NCBI GenBank assembly: GCA_029260015.1
Contig: JAJDEB010000036.1
Location: 1,226,554 to 1,290,553, forward strand
Direction of reading: 5' to 3'
DNA: 64,000 nucleotides
Source: Phycisphaerae bacterium
Lineage (GTDB): Bacteria; Planctomycetota; Phycisphaerae; UBA1845
Positions 27,919-38,695 of the stretch are shown piece after piece; the first letter of the stretch is position 1, and every line of letters begins with the position of its first letter. Below the pieces are notes generated by a model, which had not been told where the DNA came from, searched no databases, and worked only from the letters and a program-made list of their open reading frames with translations. The position numbers were made by a program, and so were the translations under genes.

Positions 27919-29012
27919 TTCGGTTTCGACAATTCCTGATCGACGGGAAAACCGCCCACCTCCAAACCGATCCGTCCGCGCCGCTCGAACCGGTCGGCCA
28001 ACCGGCGGATCGAATCGACCATGTCCTGAATGCGCTGAATCGCCAGCAGCGTCGCCTCGTACAAACGTTCGTCGTTCAAAAGTCGCCCGAGCGTGCCCTC
28101 ACCGTCTGCAATTTTCTGAGAGACCCGATGCAGATTCGACGCCGTCTTTGCGGCGTGATCGAGTGTCGGCAGCGTTGCGTCGGCTAGCTCATTGACCCGC
28201 GTATCGATACTCGTCAGCGTTTTCTCTGCACCTTGGGTGATCTTGGCCATGTCTGACTTTAAGGTTTCGGTCGTTGCCCGAAGGTCTTCCATCGCAAGCT
28301 TGGCGTCGGCTGTCATGGCGAGAAGATTATCCATCACCTCGCGCAGTTTGCCGCGCATGTCTTTGTCACCGATCACTTCACCGAGGCTCTTGAGCACCTG
28401 ATCAAGACGCTGAACTGCGGTGTATAAATTTGCCGCGACTTTTTCAGGATCGGTTTCCACTTCAGCCACCGTGCGAACCTTCAACAATTCGTGAAGGTCG
28501 TCTGCGACCGGTGCGTATGCGTTGGCGAATTCGCCGATACCGACTACGGTTTTTTCAAGCGAGGTGGACATCTTCTTGGGGAAGATGCGCTCGAGCGAAT
28601 TGACCATCACGCCGGTGATCGACCCTCCGGGTTCAATATGACCGCTGCCACCACTTGCGAAAATATCCACGCGACCCCGACCGATTCCCAGTGTCGGGCT
28701 GATGCATTCGGCTCGGGCACCTTGAGGAATGCTGAACTCTTTCTCGATATTGCCCACCAGGACCACGCCCATTTCAGGCCGCGCCATGTCACGGAAGTTA
28801 AGCGTAGTAACCCTGCCGACCTTGATACCGTTGAGGTAAATCGGCGTGCCATCATCGATGCCGGAAATCTCTCGAACCTCGATATTTAGTTCATACTCCG
28901 CACCGCCAAGCCACCCCGGGGCCTCGCCGAAGAGCACCATCAGATATCCCAAAACTGCGATACCCCCGATCATGAACAATCCGACCGCGAAATTTCTTCT
29001 TGATTCGTTCAT
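27915..29012 (-). CDS. MlaD/MCE-domain protein
   Basis: N-terminal TM followed by an MCE fold (YELNIEVREISGIDDGTPIYLNGIKVGRV), then a long helical C-terminus. The start overlaps the stop of the ATPase gene. Confidence 0.75.
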   Translation of the reverse strand: MNESRRNFAVGLFMIGGIAVLGYLMVLFGEAPGWLGGAEYELNIEVREISGIDDGTPIYLNGIKVGRVTTLNFRDMARPEMGVVLVGNIEKEFSIPQGARAECISPTLGIGRGRVDIFASGGSGHIEPGGSITGVMVNSLERIFPKKMSTSLEKTVVGIGEFANAYAPVADDLHELLKVRTVAEVETDPEKVAANLYTAVQRLDQVLKSLGEVIGDKDMRGKLREVMDNLLAMTADAKLAMEDLRATTETLKSDMAKITQGAEKTLTSIDTRVNELADATLPTLDHAAKTASNLHRVSQKIADGEGTLGRLLNDERLYEATLLAIQRIQDMVDSIRRLADRFERRGRIGLEVGGFPVDQELSKPN

Positions 29013-29830
29013 GGTTTGCCTTTCAAACGAATGCCTGCAAGTTGCTCGTCCTCTGCCCTTCCTTCAACAAACTGTCGCACGATCTTCACATCGCTGGTTT
29101 CCATCTCCTTGGGCGTTCCGTCGAAGATGAATTTCCCTTCGTGAAGCATGACGACCCGGTCGCCGATCTTGCGGACGCTGGCCATATCGTGCGTGACGAC
29201 AATGCTGGTAACACCTAGCTCGCGCTGCAATTTGATGATCAACTCATTGATTACGTCCGATCGGATCGGATCGAGACCGGTGGTCGGTTCGTCGTAGAGG
29301 ATGATCTCCGGATCGAGGGCGATCGCCCGTGCGAGGGCTACCCGCTTTCGCTGCCCACCGGAAAGCTGTGCCGGTTTCTTATCCTGCAATCCCTCAAGTC
29401 CCACCATTTGCAGCTTTTGTGAAACGGTTTTGGCGATGTCGGTTTTGCTTCGTCGGGTATGTTCGACAATCGGGAACGCGACATTCTGCCCAACCGTAAT
29501 CGAATCGAAAAGCGCCCCCATCTGAAACAAGAACCCGAACCGCGTTCGCACTCCGACCAACTCTCGTTCGGACATGGTGTCGATGCGCTCACCACCGCAA
29601 TACACCTCGCCCGAATCAGGTTTGAGCAGCGACACGATATGCTTGAGTATCACACTCTTGCCTGCGCCTGACGCACCGATGATGACCGCTGTTTCACCAC
29701 GTCTGAACTTTACGCTGACGTCGCGAAGCACTTCGAGCGATCCGAACCGCTTGCTGACCCCGCGCAATTCGACGATCGGTTCGCCAATATCGATGCTGTC
29801 TGCGATGGATTGTTTTGAAACTTCGCTCAA
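29009..29830 (-). CDS. ABC transporter ATP-binding protein (MlaF-like)
   Basis: Motifs GASGAGKS, LSGGQRKRVALARA, ILYDEPTTGLD. TTG start. Confidence 0.85.
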   Translation of the reverse strand: MSEVSKQSIADSIDIGEPIVELRGVSKRFGSLEVLRDVSVKFRRGETAVIIGASGAGKSVILKHIVSLLKPDSGEVYCGGERIDTMSERELVGVRTRFGFLFQMGALFDSITVGQNVAFPIVEHTRRSKTDIAKTVSQKLQMVGLEGLQDKKPAQLSGGQRKRVALARAIALDPEIILYDEPTTGLDPIRSDVINELIIKLQRELGVTSIVVTHDMASVRKIGDRVVMLHEGKFIFDGTPKEMETSDVKIVRQFVEGRAEDEQLAGIRLKGKP

Positions 29831-29861
29831 CGCTTTAGACCTTCTTGCGTACCTTTTAGGC

Positions 29862-30680
29862 TTATACCAACGACTTGAACCCGTAGAGCACCTTGTACAA
29901 CCCGGTGCTGAACGTTGCGATGAAGAAGTCCACGATCAGGATGGCAATGAATGTCGCGACGAATGATTCCGTACACGCCCGACCCACGCCTTCAGCACCC
30001 GCTCGACAATGAAAACCCTTGTAGCAGGCGACCATTCCGATGATCCACCCGAATATCAAACTCTTGATGAACCCCACTCCCAAGTCCCACTTCGCGACGG
30101 CGTCCATCGTGTAGTACTTGTAGGGTTCGTATGGTATGTCCTTCAACCCGACGGCGATCCATGAGCCAGCCAATGAACCGCAGACGTCTGCAAACAACGT
30201 CAGGATCGGGCAGAGAATCAAACATGCCAGAAAACGCGGGACCACGAGGTGGCGGATCGGATCGGACCCCATCGCGCGAAGGGCGTCGATCTGCTCGGTC
30301 ACGTTCATCGTGCCCAACTCAGCCGTCAGCGCTCCGCCAACCCGACCGGCTAACATGACCGCAGCCAGCACCGGTCCGAGTTCCTGCACTAGCGTCAAGT
30401 TCAGCAGCACGCCCATCCGCTCAGCAAAGCCAGCCGCATGAAGCTGATCGTAGGCCTGCACCGCGAGCACCATCCCAACGAACGTTCCGGTAATTGCAAT
30501 GACCGGCAGTGAGCGGTTACCCACTTCGTAAAGCTGCGGCATGACCAGTCGCCAGTTTCTAAGGCGAAACAATCCGCCAAGCATCCAGCGGGTGGTTTGT
30601 AAACAAAACATCCAGAACCGACCGAACGCTTCGAGGGCGTTGCTCGTCTTCCGGCCTATGGTGGTGATAATCATAACCAA
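29862..30680 (-). CDS. ABC transporter permease (MlaE-like)
   Basis: Five or more TM helices. Motifs ELGPVLAAVMLAGRVGGALTAELGTM and EQIDALRAMG. Confidence 0.8.
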   Translation of the reverse strand: MVMIITTIGRKTSNALEAFGRFWMFCLQTTRWMLGGLFRLRNWRLVMPQLYEVGNRSLPVIAITGTFVGMVLAVQAYDQLHAAGFAERMGVLLNLTLVQELGPVLAAVMLAGRVGGALTAELGTMNVTEQIDALRAMGSDPIRHLVVPRFLACLILCPILTLFADVCGSLAGSWIAVGLKDIPYEPYKYYTMDAVAKWDLGVGFIKSLIFGWIIGMVACYKGFHCRAGAEGVGRACTESFVATFIAILIVDFFIATFSTGLYKVLYGFKSLV

Positions 30681-30854
30681 CCCAGTCTTTCGTCAAACCG
30701 CATCCGTGTGGCTGACCTGCGTCTGATTAGGCATACGCCGGACTGTTTGTAACTGGCGCAAAATTGCGTGTCAATTTGAAACCATAGTAACGCATTGCGT
30801 CGAAAACTGCTTCCGTTCGTTTTATGCGGGAAATGATCGCCGGTTTCATTCAGG

Positions 30855-32276
30855 CTACTTACCGATGCAAAAGGATGAAAAAATCCGCCCGAGCAAATCA
30901 TCCGTTGAGATCGTTCCTGTCGTCAATGCGAGTGAATCGAGTGCTTCGCGCAATTCGAGGGCGACTAGTTCGGCGATGTCCAGAAGATTGTCGGATGTAG
31001 TGGTCAGGTCCATACATCGCTGTAAAGCGTCATTCGCAGTGGCGAGCGCGACGTGCTGATTCGTCGTCAAAGTGATCGCGCTGTGTTCTGCATCGCCCGA
31101 CTGCGTGACGATCTGACGGGCCAACGTGGTGCGAAGTTCTTGCATCCCCTCACCCGTCGCGGCGCTGACCAGACAGACAGTCTGCTCCCCGCACTCTGAC
31201 AACATTTTCAAAATCTCATCGCGATCGGATTCGACCAGATCAAGCTTGGTTCCGATCAGCATCGTCGGCGCGTCGGTGAGGCTGCGCAGCCGGGCAACGG
31301 CTTCATGATCGATCGGACTCGACACATCCACCGTCATGCAAACAAAATCGACCCGACCGGCTTCCTCCTTGGCACGTTGGCGTGCATGGACCAGCACCTG
31401 GTCGGGGCTGTCATCCACCCCGGCAGAATCCAGCAGCATCGCTTCGACTCCATCGAGCGTCGCCGGTGCAGCAAGAATATCGCGGGTCGTTCCCGAAACC
31501 GCAGACGCGATCGCACGATCGATCCCCGTCAATGCATTGAGCAGCGTACTCTTTCCTGCATTGGGCAATCCGAGAAGCAGCACATGGGGCACAACGTCAA
31601 AACGGGACTGCGAATCAGCCGACTCGATCAACCCGCGCAACCGTGCGTGTAGGTCCGAAACTTTCGACGCAAGCTGCTCCGTCGAAATAAAGTCGATCGG
31701 TTCTTCCGCGAAATCGATGTCAGCCACCACCAGCGACAGCAAGTCGGCGAGGGCATCCTGCCATGCAACGATCGTTTCACGAAGATCGCCACGCATCACC
31801 CTTCGCGCAGATCGAAGCTGGGCGTCGGTCCGTGCGTGAATCGTAGTCGCAACCGCTTCAGCCGCTGATAGTGTCAGAGCGCCGGATAGATAGGCTCGGG
31901 CTGTAAACTCACCGGGATGTGCGGGACGGGCACCTGCGCGAATGCAACTCTCGACCAACATATCAAGCACCGGAACAGCCCCAACGGTATGCAGTTCGAC
32001 CGAGTCCTGCCGCGTGTAACTGTGCGGCTGGGTAAAAACATACGCTTGTGCCGGCACGCGATGATGGGCATCAAACTCCAGATTCCCTGCGATACAGCGA
32101 AACCCGCGTCGCCGCGTCAAGGCGTCGTCGGACTCAGTTGCAAAGACACTTCGGGCAATCTCAAACGCATCGGGTCCGGAAAGGCGCACGATACCACGCG
32201 GCGCGATGCCGGCGGCAGTGCAAACCGCGACAATCGTATCGTCAACATCTGCATAGGTAAACGAAACGCCATCCAC
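30855..32276 (-). CDS. mnmE: tRNA modification GTPase MnmE
   Basis: G1 motif GLPNAGKSTLLNAL, DSAG, and the family-typical C-terminal FCIGK. Confidence 0.9.
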   Translation of the reverse strand: MDGVSFTYADVDDTIVAVCTAAGIAPRGIVRLSGPDAFEIARSVFATESDDALTRRRGFRCIAGNLEFDAHHRVPAQAYVFTQPHSYTRQDSVELHTVGAVPVLDMLVESCIRAGARPAHPGEFTARAYLSGALTLSAAEAVATTIHARTDAQLRSARRVMRGDLRETIVAWQDALADLLSLVVADIDFAEEPIDFISTEQLASKVSDLHARLRGLIESADSQSRFDVVPHVLLLGLPNAGKSTLLNALTGIDRAIASAVSGTTRDILAAPATLDGVEAMLLDSAGVDDSPDQVLVHARQRAKEEAGRVDFVCMTVDVSSPIDHEAVARLRSLTDAPTMLIGTKLDLVESDRDEILKMLSECGEQTVCLVSAATGEGMQELRTTLARQIVTQSGDAEHSAITLTTNQHVALATANDALQRCMDLTTTSDNLLDIAELVALELREALDSLALTTGTISTDDLLGRIFSSFCIGK

Positions 32277-32390
32277 GAATTGACCGTCCGATATTCAAAA
32301 CGAGAAAAACCAAGCCACCAATCTGCTACACTGTACTGACTCTTTTGTCCCGTGACCAACTGCGCTTTGACCCGACAAGGATTCGCAATC

Positions 32391-33407
32391 ATGCATTCGG
32401 TCATCACCGAACAAATTCGCCGCGCGCAAAACGGTGAGCATCTGACGCGCGAAGAAACCCGTCAGGCGTTCGCAGCGATGATGGCCGGCTCACTCGAACC
32501 GCAATGGACCGGTGCGCTGGTCTGCGCACTAAAAACCAAAGGCGAGCATGTGGACGAACTCGTCGGGGCAGCCGAAGCCCTGCGGCATGCTGCCAAACGC
32601 GTCAAGAGCGAGCGGCCGTGCATCGACACTTGCGGCACCGGTGGCGACGGCATCAGCACGTTTAATGTTTCGACGACGGCTGCCATCATCGCAGCCGCAG
32701 GTGGAGCGGTCGTGGCCAAGCACGGCAACCGCACGAACACGCGGGTCAGCGGAAGCAGCGAAGTGCTCTTGGAATTGGGCGTCAATCTCGAAGCCGACGT
32801 TTCGGTATTAGAGCGCTGCCTTACAAACTGCAACCTGGCATTCATGCACGCACCGCATCTGCACCCGGCGATGGTCCATGCCGTTCCTGTGCGGAAGGCG
32901 ATCGGCGTACGTACGATGTTCAACCTGTTGGGACCATTGGCCAACCCGGCTGGCGCGGAGTTTCAAATTCTCGGCGTGAGTCGCTTTGAACATCTCGAAC
33001 TAATGGCCAGCGCACTTGCGAAACTCGGCGCGAAACGCGTTTGGGTGGTTCACGGTCATGACGGGCTTTGCGATCTGACAATTACGGGCAAGACGCATAT
33101 CTGCGAACTACGCGATGGCGCCACCAAAATGCACACGATTGAACCAGGTGATGTGGGACTGACTGTGTCCCCACTGGCTGACCTGATCGTTCATTCACCG
33201 GCGGAAAGTGCGGCGTGCGTTCGTGCCATCCTCGACAAAGAGCAAAGCCCGAAGCGCGACCATGCCGTTCTGAATGCGGCGGCGGCGCTGACGGTTTACG
33301 GAGTCACCGCTTCGCTGCGTGAAGGCGTCCAGCTGGCCATCCAGGTCATCGACTCGGGCGAAGCCAAAAAGAAACTTACCCAAGTCGCCAATGAAAGCCA
33401 TTCGTAG
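32391..33407 (+). CDS. trpD: anthranilate phosphoribosyltransferase
   Basis: Motifs DTCGTGGDG, KHGNR, NLLGPLANP. ATG 32391. Confidence 0.9.
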   Translation: MHSVITEQIRRAQNGEHLTREETRQAFAAMMAGSLEPQWTGALVCALKTKGEHVDELVGAAEALRHAAKRVKSERPCIDTCGTGGDGISTFNVSTTAAIIAAAGGAVVAKHGNRTNTRVSGSSEVLLELGVNLEADVSVLERCLTNCNLAFMHAPHLHPAMVHAVPVRKAIGVRTMFNLLGPLANPAGAEFQILGVSRFEHLELMASALAKLGAKRVWVVHGHDGLCDLTITGKTHICELRDGATKMHTIEPGDVGLTVSPLADLIVHSPAESAACVRAILDKEQSPKRDHAVLNAAAALTVYGVTASLREGVQLAIQVIDSGEAKKKLTQVANESHS

Positions 33408-33469
33408 GGTGGGCCGTGCCCACCGCCGTTCAAGCGCGTCACGACTTGGTGGGCACGGCCCACCCTACG
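33403..33469. repeat. family A REPIN-like nested palindrome, copy 2 (spacer inverted)
   Basis: Perfect 21-nt arms. The left arm contains the trpD stop TAG. Confidence 0.9.
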
Positions 33470-33539
33470 ACAGCTCCGCAGAATGCCGAGGATAGGGTGC
33501 GGCGTGGCGGACTTTCGCCAAGCGGTTTACGATGCCCGC

Positions 33540-36500
33540 ATGAATCTGAGCGAATGGATCAGGCGACGCCTCTGGGCGTTTTCGGTGGGCACGTTTGTCA
33601 CGACGCTGGCGGTGCTGGCATACCTGGCTGGCTGGTTCGCACCGCTTTCGCGTTTTCAACTCGACCAGGGTTTCCGCCACCTCAACCAGATCGACGGCGA
33701 CCCTCGCATCGTGCTCATCGACATCAACGACTATGCGCTCCGTAGCATACACCGCTGGCCCTGGCCCCGACGCATGCAAGCCGATCTCGTCGGCATCCTC
33801 GAAGAATGCGGAGCGGAGACGATCCTTCTCGATATCGTCTATGCCGAACCATCGCCCGGGCGCATCTCCGATCCGCGCCTCGAACCAGATTACGATGCCG
33901 ATTCATTGGGTGGCGAAATCCTTGGCGAGACCTCAATCGAAAACGCCATCTACGATGACCGTGAACTGGCCACCGCGATTCGCAATGCCGGCAACGTCTA
34001 CGTCGCACTTTTTTTTGAATCGTCGCCGCCGTCGTTCGATCCGCAGCAACTTCGCGACGCCGCCCGCAAGCTTCTCGACGAAAATTCCAAAATCACCCAA
34101 AGCGATTTCGCCCAAAGTTTGAACCTGCCAGCCAACTTTGATTCCGAAACGCGATTTGCCCAAGCCCGCATCGACCACGTTCTGCGCAACCAGTTCGACC
34201 TCGATCAAAACGAGATTGCCGAACGGCTGGCCATCCCCGAGCGCGATGTCGAAATTCACCTTAGCAGGATGAAACCCATCGCGGCGCAGTATCTCATTCA
34301 GCAGTTGCTATCCGAAAACGCTGACGCATCCTTGGCTGAAGCGTACGCTGCAATCCTACCGAACCATCCACCCAACATTGCGTCGCGCGATCGACATGAC
34401 GTGTTTCGCGAGTACACCCGGGCACTCTCGCGACATTACGTCCAACAGCACTGCCTGGAGGAAGTTGCGTCGTATAGCCATCTCCTGCCAAACGGTATCG
34501 ACCCCACGGTGCCCGTCGCAGACATCGCCGGCGCGGCAAAGCGGATCGGATTCGTCAATTTTAACAAGGACGAAGATGGGATTCTCAGACATGTCCCGGT
34601 GCTGACGCGTCTTGAAGGTCGCGTGGTCAAGCAGATTGCATTCTCGCTGGCGGCTGACATTCTTGATTTCGATCTCTCAACCATATCAGCCGACGACAAG
34701 AACCGTCTCGTCGTGACCGATCAATCGAAATCGCATGAATGGCGTTTACCGCTCAACGAAAACGGTGAGATGCTGGTCAACTGGCACATTGATCGAAGCG
34801 CCCCCACCTGGGAAAAAAGCTTTACGCACGTTCCCGTTTCGCGGGCGATGGAGATCGCCACCTGTCGGCGGACGATCAAGGACAACAACGCCCTCCTGCG
34901 CACCCGCCGCTTTCAAGCCGTCGAGTTAATGTATGAAGGGGCGCAGTCCGGTTTGCTCGACCACGAAGCCCGCATTCGCCGGTTGGCATTGTTCGAAGCC
35001 GCGATCGATCTTGCCAACGCAGAATCGCGACCGTCGCTCGAAGCGCAGCGCGAAGAACTGTTGAAGAAGATCGAATACACCGAAAGGCTCGCGCTCTCGA
35101 ATGTTGAGCGCATGCATCAGGAAATTGGCGGGCTGGAACCCGAAGACGAAGAAGAACGCATTTTCTTTGAACGCATCGCCAATCTGCACGAACAACTAAT
35201 CGCCGGACCGTTCACCAAAGAACTCGAAGCGAATAACGCGCGCCTGCAAGCCCGCGCCGATGAACTGCTCGGCGAACTGCGTGAGAAGCTCAACGGAAAA
35301 TACTGCTTCGTCGGGCACACCGCATCGGCGCAAGCAGACATGGTCAACTCACCCGTGTTTGAAAACATGCCCGGGGTGATGGCCCACGCCAACCTCGTCA
35401 ACACGCTGCTGCAAAACCGAATCCCAACGGTGGCTCCGCCGTACATGCCGGTCCTTTTGATTATCATCGTTGGCGCGATTATCACGCTGCTGACCGCGAG
35501 CAAGGGACCGTGGTTTGCGTTTGCCTCGCTCTTGTTTCTCATCGCTCCGATGTTGGGCGTTTCATGTTTCTTGTTTTGGAAGTACGGATTCTTCGTTGCG
35601 ACATTTGTGCCCGCAGTCACCACTTTTGTGGCATGGGCGATGATTACGCTCTATCGCCAGTCTACCGAAGAACGTCAGCGCAGATCGTTTTCTCGCGCGC
35701 TGGCCCGCAACACGTCGCCAGCGATTGCTGCTTCGATTACCCGACACATGGACAAGCTCGATCTCTCACCCCAGCCGGCAGAAGTCACTTGCTACTTCAG
35801 CGACCTTCAAGGGTTCACGTCGATCAGCGAACGCCTCGACGCCCATCAGACCAAAACCATTCTGAATCACTACCTCGGGGCGATGGGTGAAGTCCTCGTC
35901 GATAATCGCGCGTTTAATAAATTCATGGGCGACGGCATTTTTGCGTTTTTCAATTCGCCGCTTTGGCCAGTCGAAGATCACATCATTGTCGGTTGCGAAT
36001 CGGCGCTGGCGACGGCAGAAAAACTCAACGAGCTAAAGAAGTCAGCCGACGAAGAATATGCCGATGAGTTCCGCGACTTGTGGATGCGCGTCGGCGTACA
36101 TTCCGGACCGGTCTACGTCGGATATTTCGGAAGCGAAAACCAGACTGACTACACCTGCATCGGCGACACCGTTAATCTCGCCGCCCGCCTCGAAAGCGCC
36201 AACAAAGCGTTCGGTACGCAAATCATGATCTCCGACATCTGCCGCAACCATGCCGGCGATCGATATCAGTATCGCCACCTCGCAGCCCTGCAAGTCAAAG
36301 GCAAAGCCCATGCCGTCCAGGTCTACGAATTGCTCGGGCGAAAAGGGCAGGTCGATGACGAAACCCTCGACTACGCAAAGGCATTCGGCAGCGCCGTCGG
36401 AGCGTTTCAGAAGCGCGACTGGGCGGGGTCAAAACACCATTTTCAATACTGCAAAGAGCGTCGCCCGAACGATCCGGCGCTCGAATTGTACGCCAATGAA

Positions 36501-36575
36501 ATCGAACAACTGCAGCTTAATCCGCCACCAGATGGCGACGCTTGGAACATGGCCATCACCATGACCACCAAGTAG
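33540..36575 (+). CDS. CHASE2 sensor-domain class III adenylate/guanylate cyclase
   Basis: N-terminal TM plus CHASE2 (IVLIDINDYALRSIHRWPWPR). A TM cluster around aa 640-720. Cyclase motifs YFSDLQGFTSISE, FMGDGIFAFF, GDTVNLAARLES. TPR-like tail. Confidence 0.85.
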   Translation: MNLSEWIRRRLWAFSVGTFVTTLAVLAYLAGWFAPLSRFQLDQGFRHLNQIDGDPRIVLIDINDYALRSIHRWPWPRRMQADLVGILEECGAETILLDIVYAEPSPGRISDPRLEPDYDADSLGGEILGETSIENAIYDDRELATAIRNAGNVYVALFFESSPPSFDPQQLRDAARKLLDENSKITQSDFAQSLNLPANFDSETRFAQARIDHVLRNQFDLDQNEIAERLAIPERDVEIHLSRMKPIAAQYLIQQLLSENADASLAEAYAAILPNHPPNIASRDRHDVFREYTRALSRHYVQQHCLEEVASYSHLLPNGIDPTVPVADIAGAAKRIGFVNFNKDEDGILRHVPVLTRLEGRVVKQIAFSLAADILDFDLSTISADDKNRLVVTDQSKSHEWRLPLNENGEMLVNWHIDRSAPTWEKSFTHVPVSRAMEIATCRRTIKDNNALLRTRRFQAVELMYEGAQSGLLDHEARIRRLALFEAAIDLANAESRPSLEAQREELLKKIEYTERLALSNVERMHQEIGGLEPEDEEERIFFERIANLHEQLIAGPFTKELEANNARLQARADELLGELREKLNGKYCFVGHTASAQADMVNSPVFENMPGVMAHANLVNTLLQNRIPTVAPPYMPVLLIIIVGAIITLLTASKGPWFAFASLLFLIAPMLGVSCFLFWKYGFFVATFVPAVTTFVAWAMITLYRQSTEERQRRSFSRALARNTSPAIAASITRHMDKLDLSPQPAEVTCYFSDLQGFTSISERLDAHQTKTILNHYLGAMGEVLVDNRAFNKFMGDGIFAFFNSPLWPVEDHIIVGCESALATAEKLNELKKSADEEYADEFRDLWMRVGVHSGPVYVGYFGSENQTDYTCIGDTVNLAARLESANKAFGTQIMISDICRNHAGDRYQYRHLAALQVKGKAHAVQVYELLGRKGQVDDETLDYAKAFGSAVGAFQKRDWAGSKHHFQYCKERRPNDPALELYANEIEQLQLNPPPDGDAWNMAITMTTK

Positions 36576-36754
36576 TTTCATCGCGCGATGCGATCGTCGC
36601 GCCGTCTCACACATCGCGCACCGGTTTTGTTCAAGTTCAATTGACAATCCTCCGACATACACTTGGTTTTGGCACATGCGAATCGCAACTCGCATCGAAT
36701 CAGTTGGCGGAGGAAAGAAGCATCGTGGTCCAGTCGCACACCCATTCATTTTCG

Positions 36755-37675
36755 ATGACGGCTGTCCCGTTACTCGAACGGCAGATTGCCCCCGCATCGC
36801 CAGCGCCATTTCGCACCAACGACACACCTGCAAACACAATCGCATACTTGGCACTGATTGACGAATTGCAGAATAAGATGACTGCATTGCTAAGTGAGCG
36901 CGATGCACTTCTTGGAACAGTGCAGACCCTGGAGCACAGCGTCAAGGAAGCCGCCCGCGTTCAACAAGACTCCATGTCCGTCCTGCCGAAAGTAGACGGT
37001 GCAAAGCTCGGCATACTCTATCAGCCGCTGGACGGTGTTAGCGGCGATGCGTTTGAGGTGAAAGAGCTTGGCGACGGCAAAGTCGGAATCGGTCTCATCG
37101 ATGCCTCAGACCACGGCGTGCCAGCCGCTCTACTGACATCGAGTCTGCTCACAGCCCTCCGCATTGCTCAAGACATATTGCCGACCGACGACACCAAGAA
37201 CTCTGGAGACGTTTTGAGCGCCGTTCAATCGCAGTTGGCGGGCATGGACATGTCGGAATGCGAATTCGCGGCTGGATTGCATGCGGTTTACGACACCAAC
37301 ACGCTAACCCTGAGTTTTGCGCGGGCGGGCGTACCTTACCCAATTCGCATTGCTGCCGATGGCACCGTTTCGGCGCTGGTATCGGATGGCCCGATCATGG
37401 GCGTAATCGATGACGCCGGTTTTGAAATGAAAACTGTTCAACTCGACTCGGGCGAAACGGTCGTGTTCGCAACCGACGGCTTGGAGGCACTGCTGGCGTC
37501 GGACGGTGTCAATGAAGATGCGCCCGAGCGTGCCCTGGCTGCATGGTTTGAAAAACGCTGCGACACACCGATCGACGATTTGCTGAGCGAATTACGCCAG
37601 CGCCTACGTGAAACCGCACGAAACACCTGGCATGCTGACGACGTCACGGCCATTTCCTTACACATTTCGGGTTGA
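36755..37675 (+). CDS. PP2C/SpoIIE-family serine phosphatase with N-terminal coiled coil
   Basis: Motifs SGDAFEV, DASDHGVPAAL, TDGLEA, DDVTAISL. ATG 36755. Confidence 0.75.
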   Translation: MTAVPLLERQIAPASPAPFRTNDTPANTIAYLALIDELQNKMTALLSERDALLGTVQTLEHSVKEAARVQQDSMSVLPKVDGAKLGILYQPLDGVSGDAFEVKELGDGKVGIGLIDASDHGVPAALLTSSLLTALRIAQDILPTDDTKNSGDVLSAVQSQLAGMDMSECEFAAGLHAVYDTNTLTLSFARAGVPYPIRIAADGTVSALVSDGPIMGVIDDAGFEMKTVQLDSGETVVFATDGLEALLASDGVNEDAPERALAAWFEKRCDTPIDDLLSELRQRLRETARNTWHADDVTAISLHISG

Positions 37676-37753
37676 CAACATTCCGCCATTTGCGATCATC
37701 CCGCGCTACTGGGCTGTCGCGTATCGCTCTTTAACATTTAACAAGGGGAAAAA

Positions 37754-38416
37754 ATGACTCACAGCGGGATCGGTATGCGCCTGTTTGGTGCGTTGGTGAT
37801 TGGAAATATTCTGCTTCTGTCTTCAGCCAGTACGGCCAATGGTTCGAGTTATATCCTCGACGATGGCAGTGGCGCATTTAACATCGGTCCAAGCCAGTTC
37901 GACGCACAGTTGCTCTGGGGAAATTACTTCGACGCCGCACCCGGCGCTGAAACCATCACCGAAATTTCCGTTTCGCTTTCACAGAGTGTACCTTTGGGCG
38001 AACCTATTTCGCTGCTCTTGTTTGAAGATCCGACCGACGATCTCGACCCGTCGGACGCCGAGCTGCTCGCACGCACCGACAGCATCACAGTGGCATCCGG
38101 ATTCAACGAATTCCAAACCTTCGACATCACCGATACAACGATTTCCGGCGGGTTCTTCGTTGGTGTGATGATGGACCTGGATCAAGGTGAAATCGCTGCC
38201 CACATGGATGATTCCACGAATTCGGGCCGATCGTGGTTGTTCTTCGACGGGGCGATTAATCTCGATGATCTGGGCTCGTCACCGCTCTTTCACAACATGG
38301 CCAGCACGCCCTTTAGCGGCACCTGGATGATCCGCGCGACCGGTGTTCCAGAGCCTTCGAGCGTGCTTATTATGCTAGTTGGATTGCATATTCTCCGCCG
38401 CCACCGAAACCACTGA
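37754..38416 (+). CDS. PEP-CTERM-anchored secreted protein
   Basis: Signal peptide. The C-terminus GVPEPSSVLIMLVGLHILRRHRNH has the PEP motif, a TM helix and a basic cluster. Confidence 0.75.
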   Translation: MTHSGIGMRLFGALVIGNILLLSSASTANGSSYILDDGSGAFNIGPSQFDAQLLWGNYFDAAPGAETITEISVSLSQSVPLGEPISLLLFEDPTDDLDPSDAELLARTDSITVASGFNEFQTFDITDTTISGGFFVGVMMDLDQGEIAAHMDDSTNSGRSWLFFDGAINLDDLGSSPLFHNMASTPFSGTWMIRATGVPEPSSVLIMLVGLHILRRHRNH

Positions 38417-38695
38417 CCCATACGGTTGCATTGGGCGTCGTAAACCCGTAATAATCCGATCATGGCGATAGGCACACACCCCAACCGGGAGGTCATCACC
38501 GGCCACGCGGACGACGATGTCAACCGCGGCGCCCAGCTTTCGTAACCAGACCGATTCGCAAATCTCTGCGAAACGCGTAGGCAATCAAACAAACGAATTC
38601 GGTGATCCCAAGCTGCCGACATTAGGAATACATAAATAACATGGACCGGAAAGTTAGACCCCGATCCACGGATGAAATTTGCGAGGAATACGACC

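Noticed and set aside
38417-38695. 280-nt region upstream of rocD, including the 153-aa antisense ORF 38290..38751.
   Set aside because: The ORF overlaps both neighbouring genes and has an implausible composition. Only a weak TTCGCA-N6-TGCGAA hairpin was found, and no recognisable regulator box.
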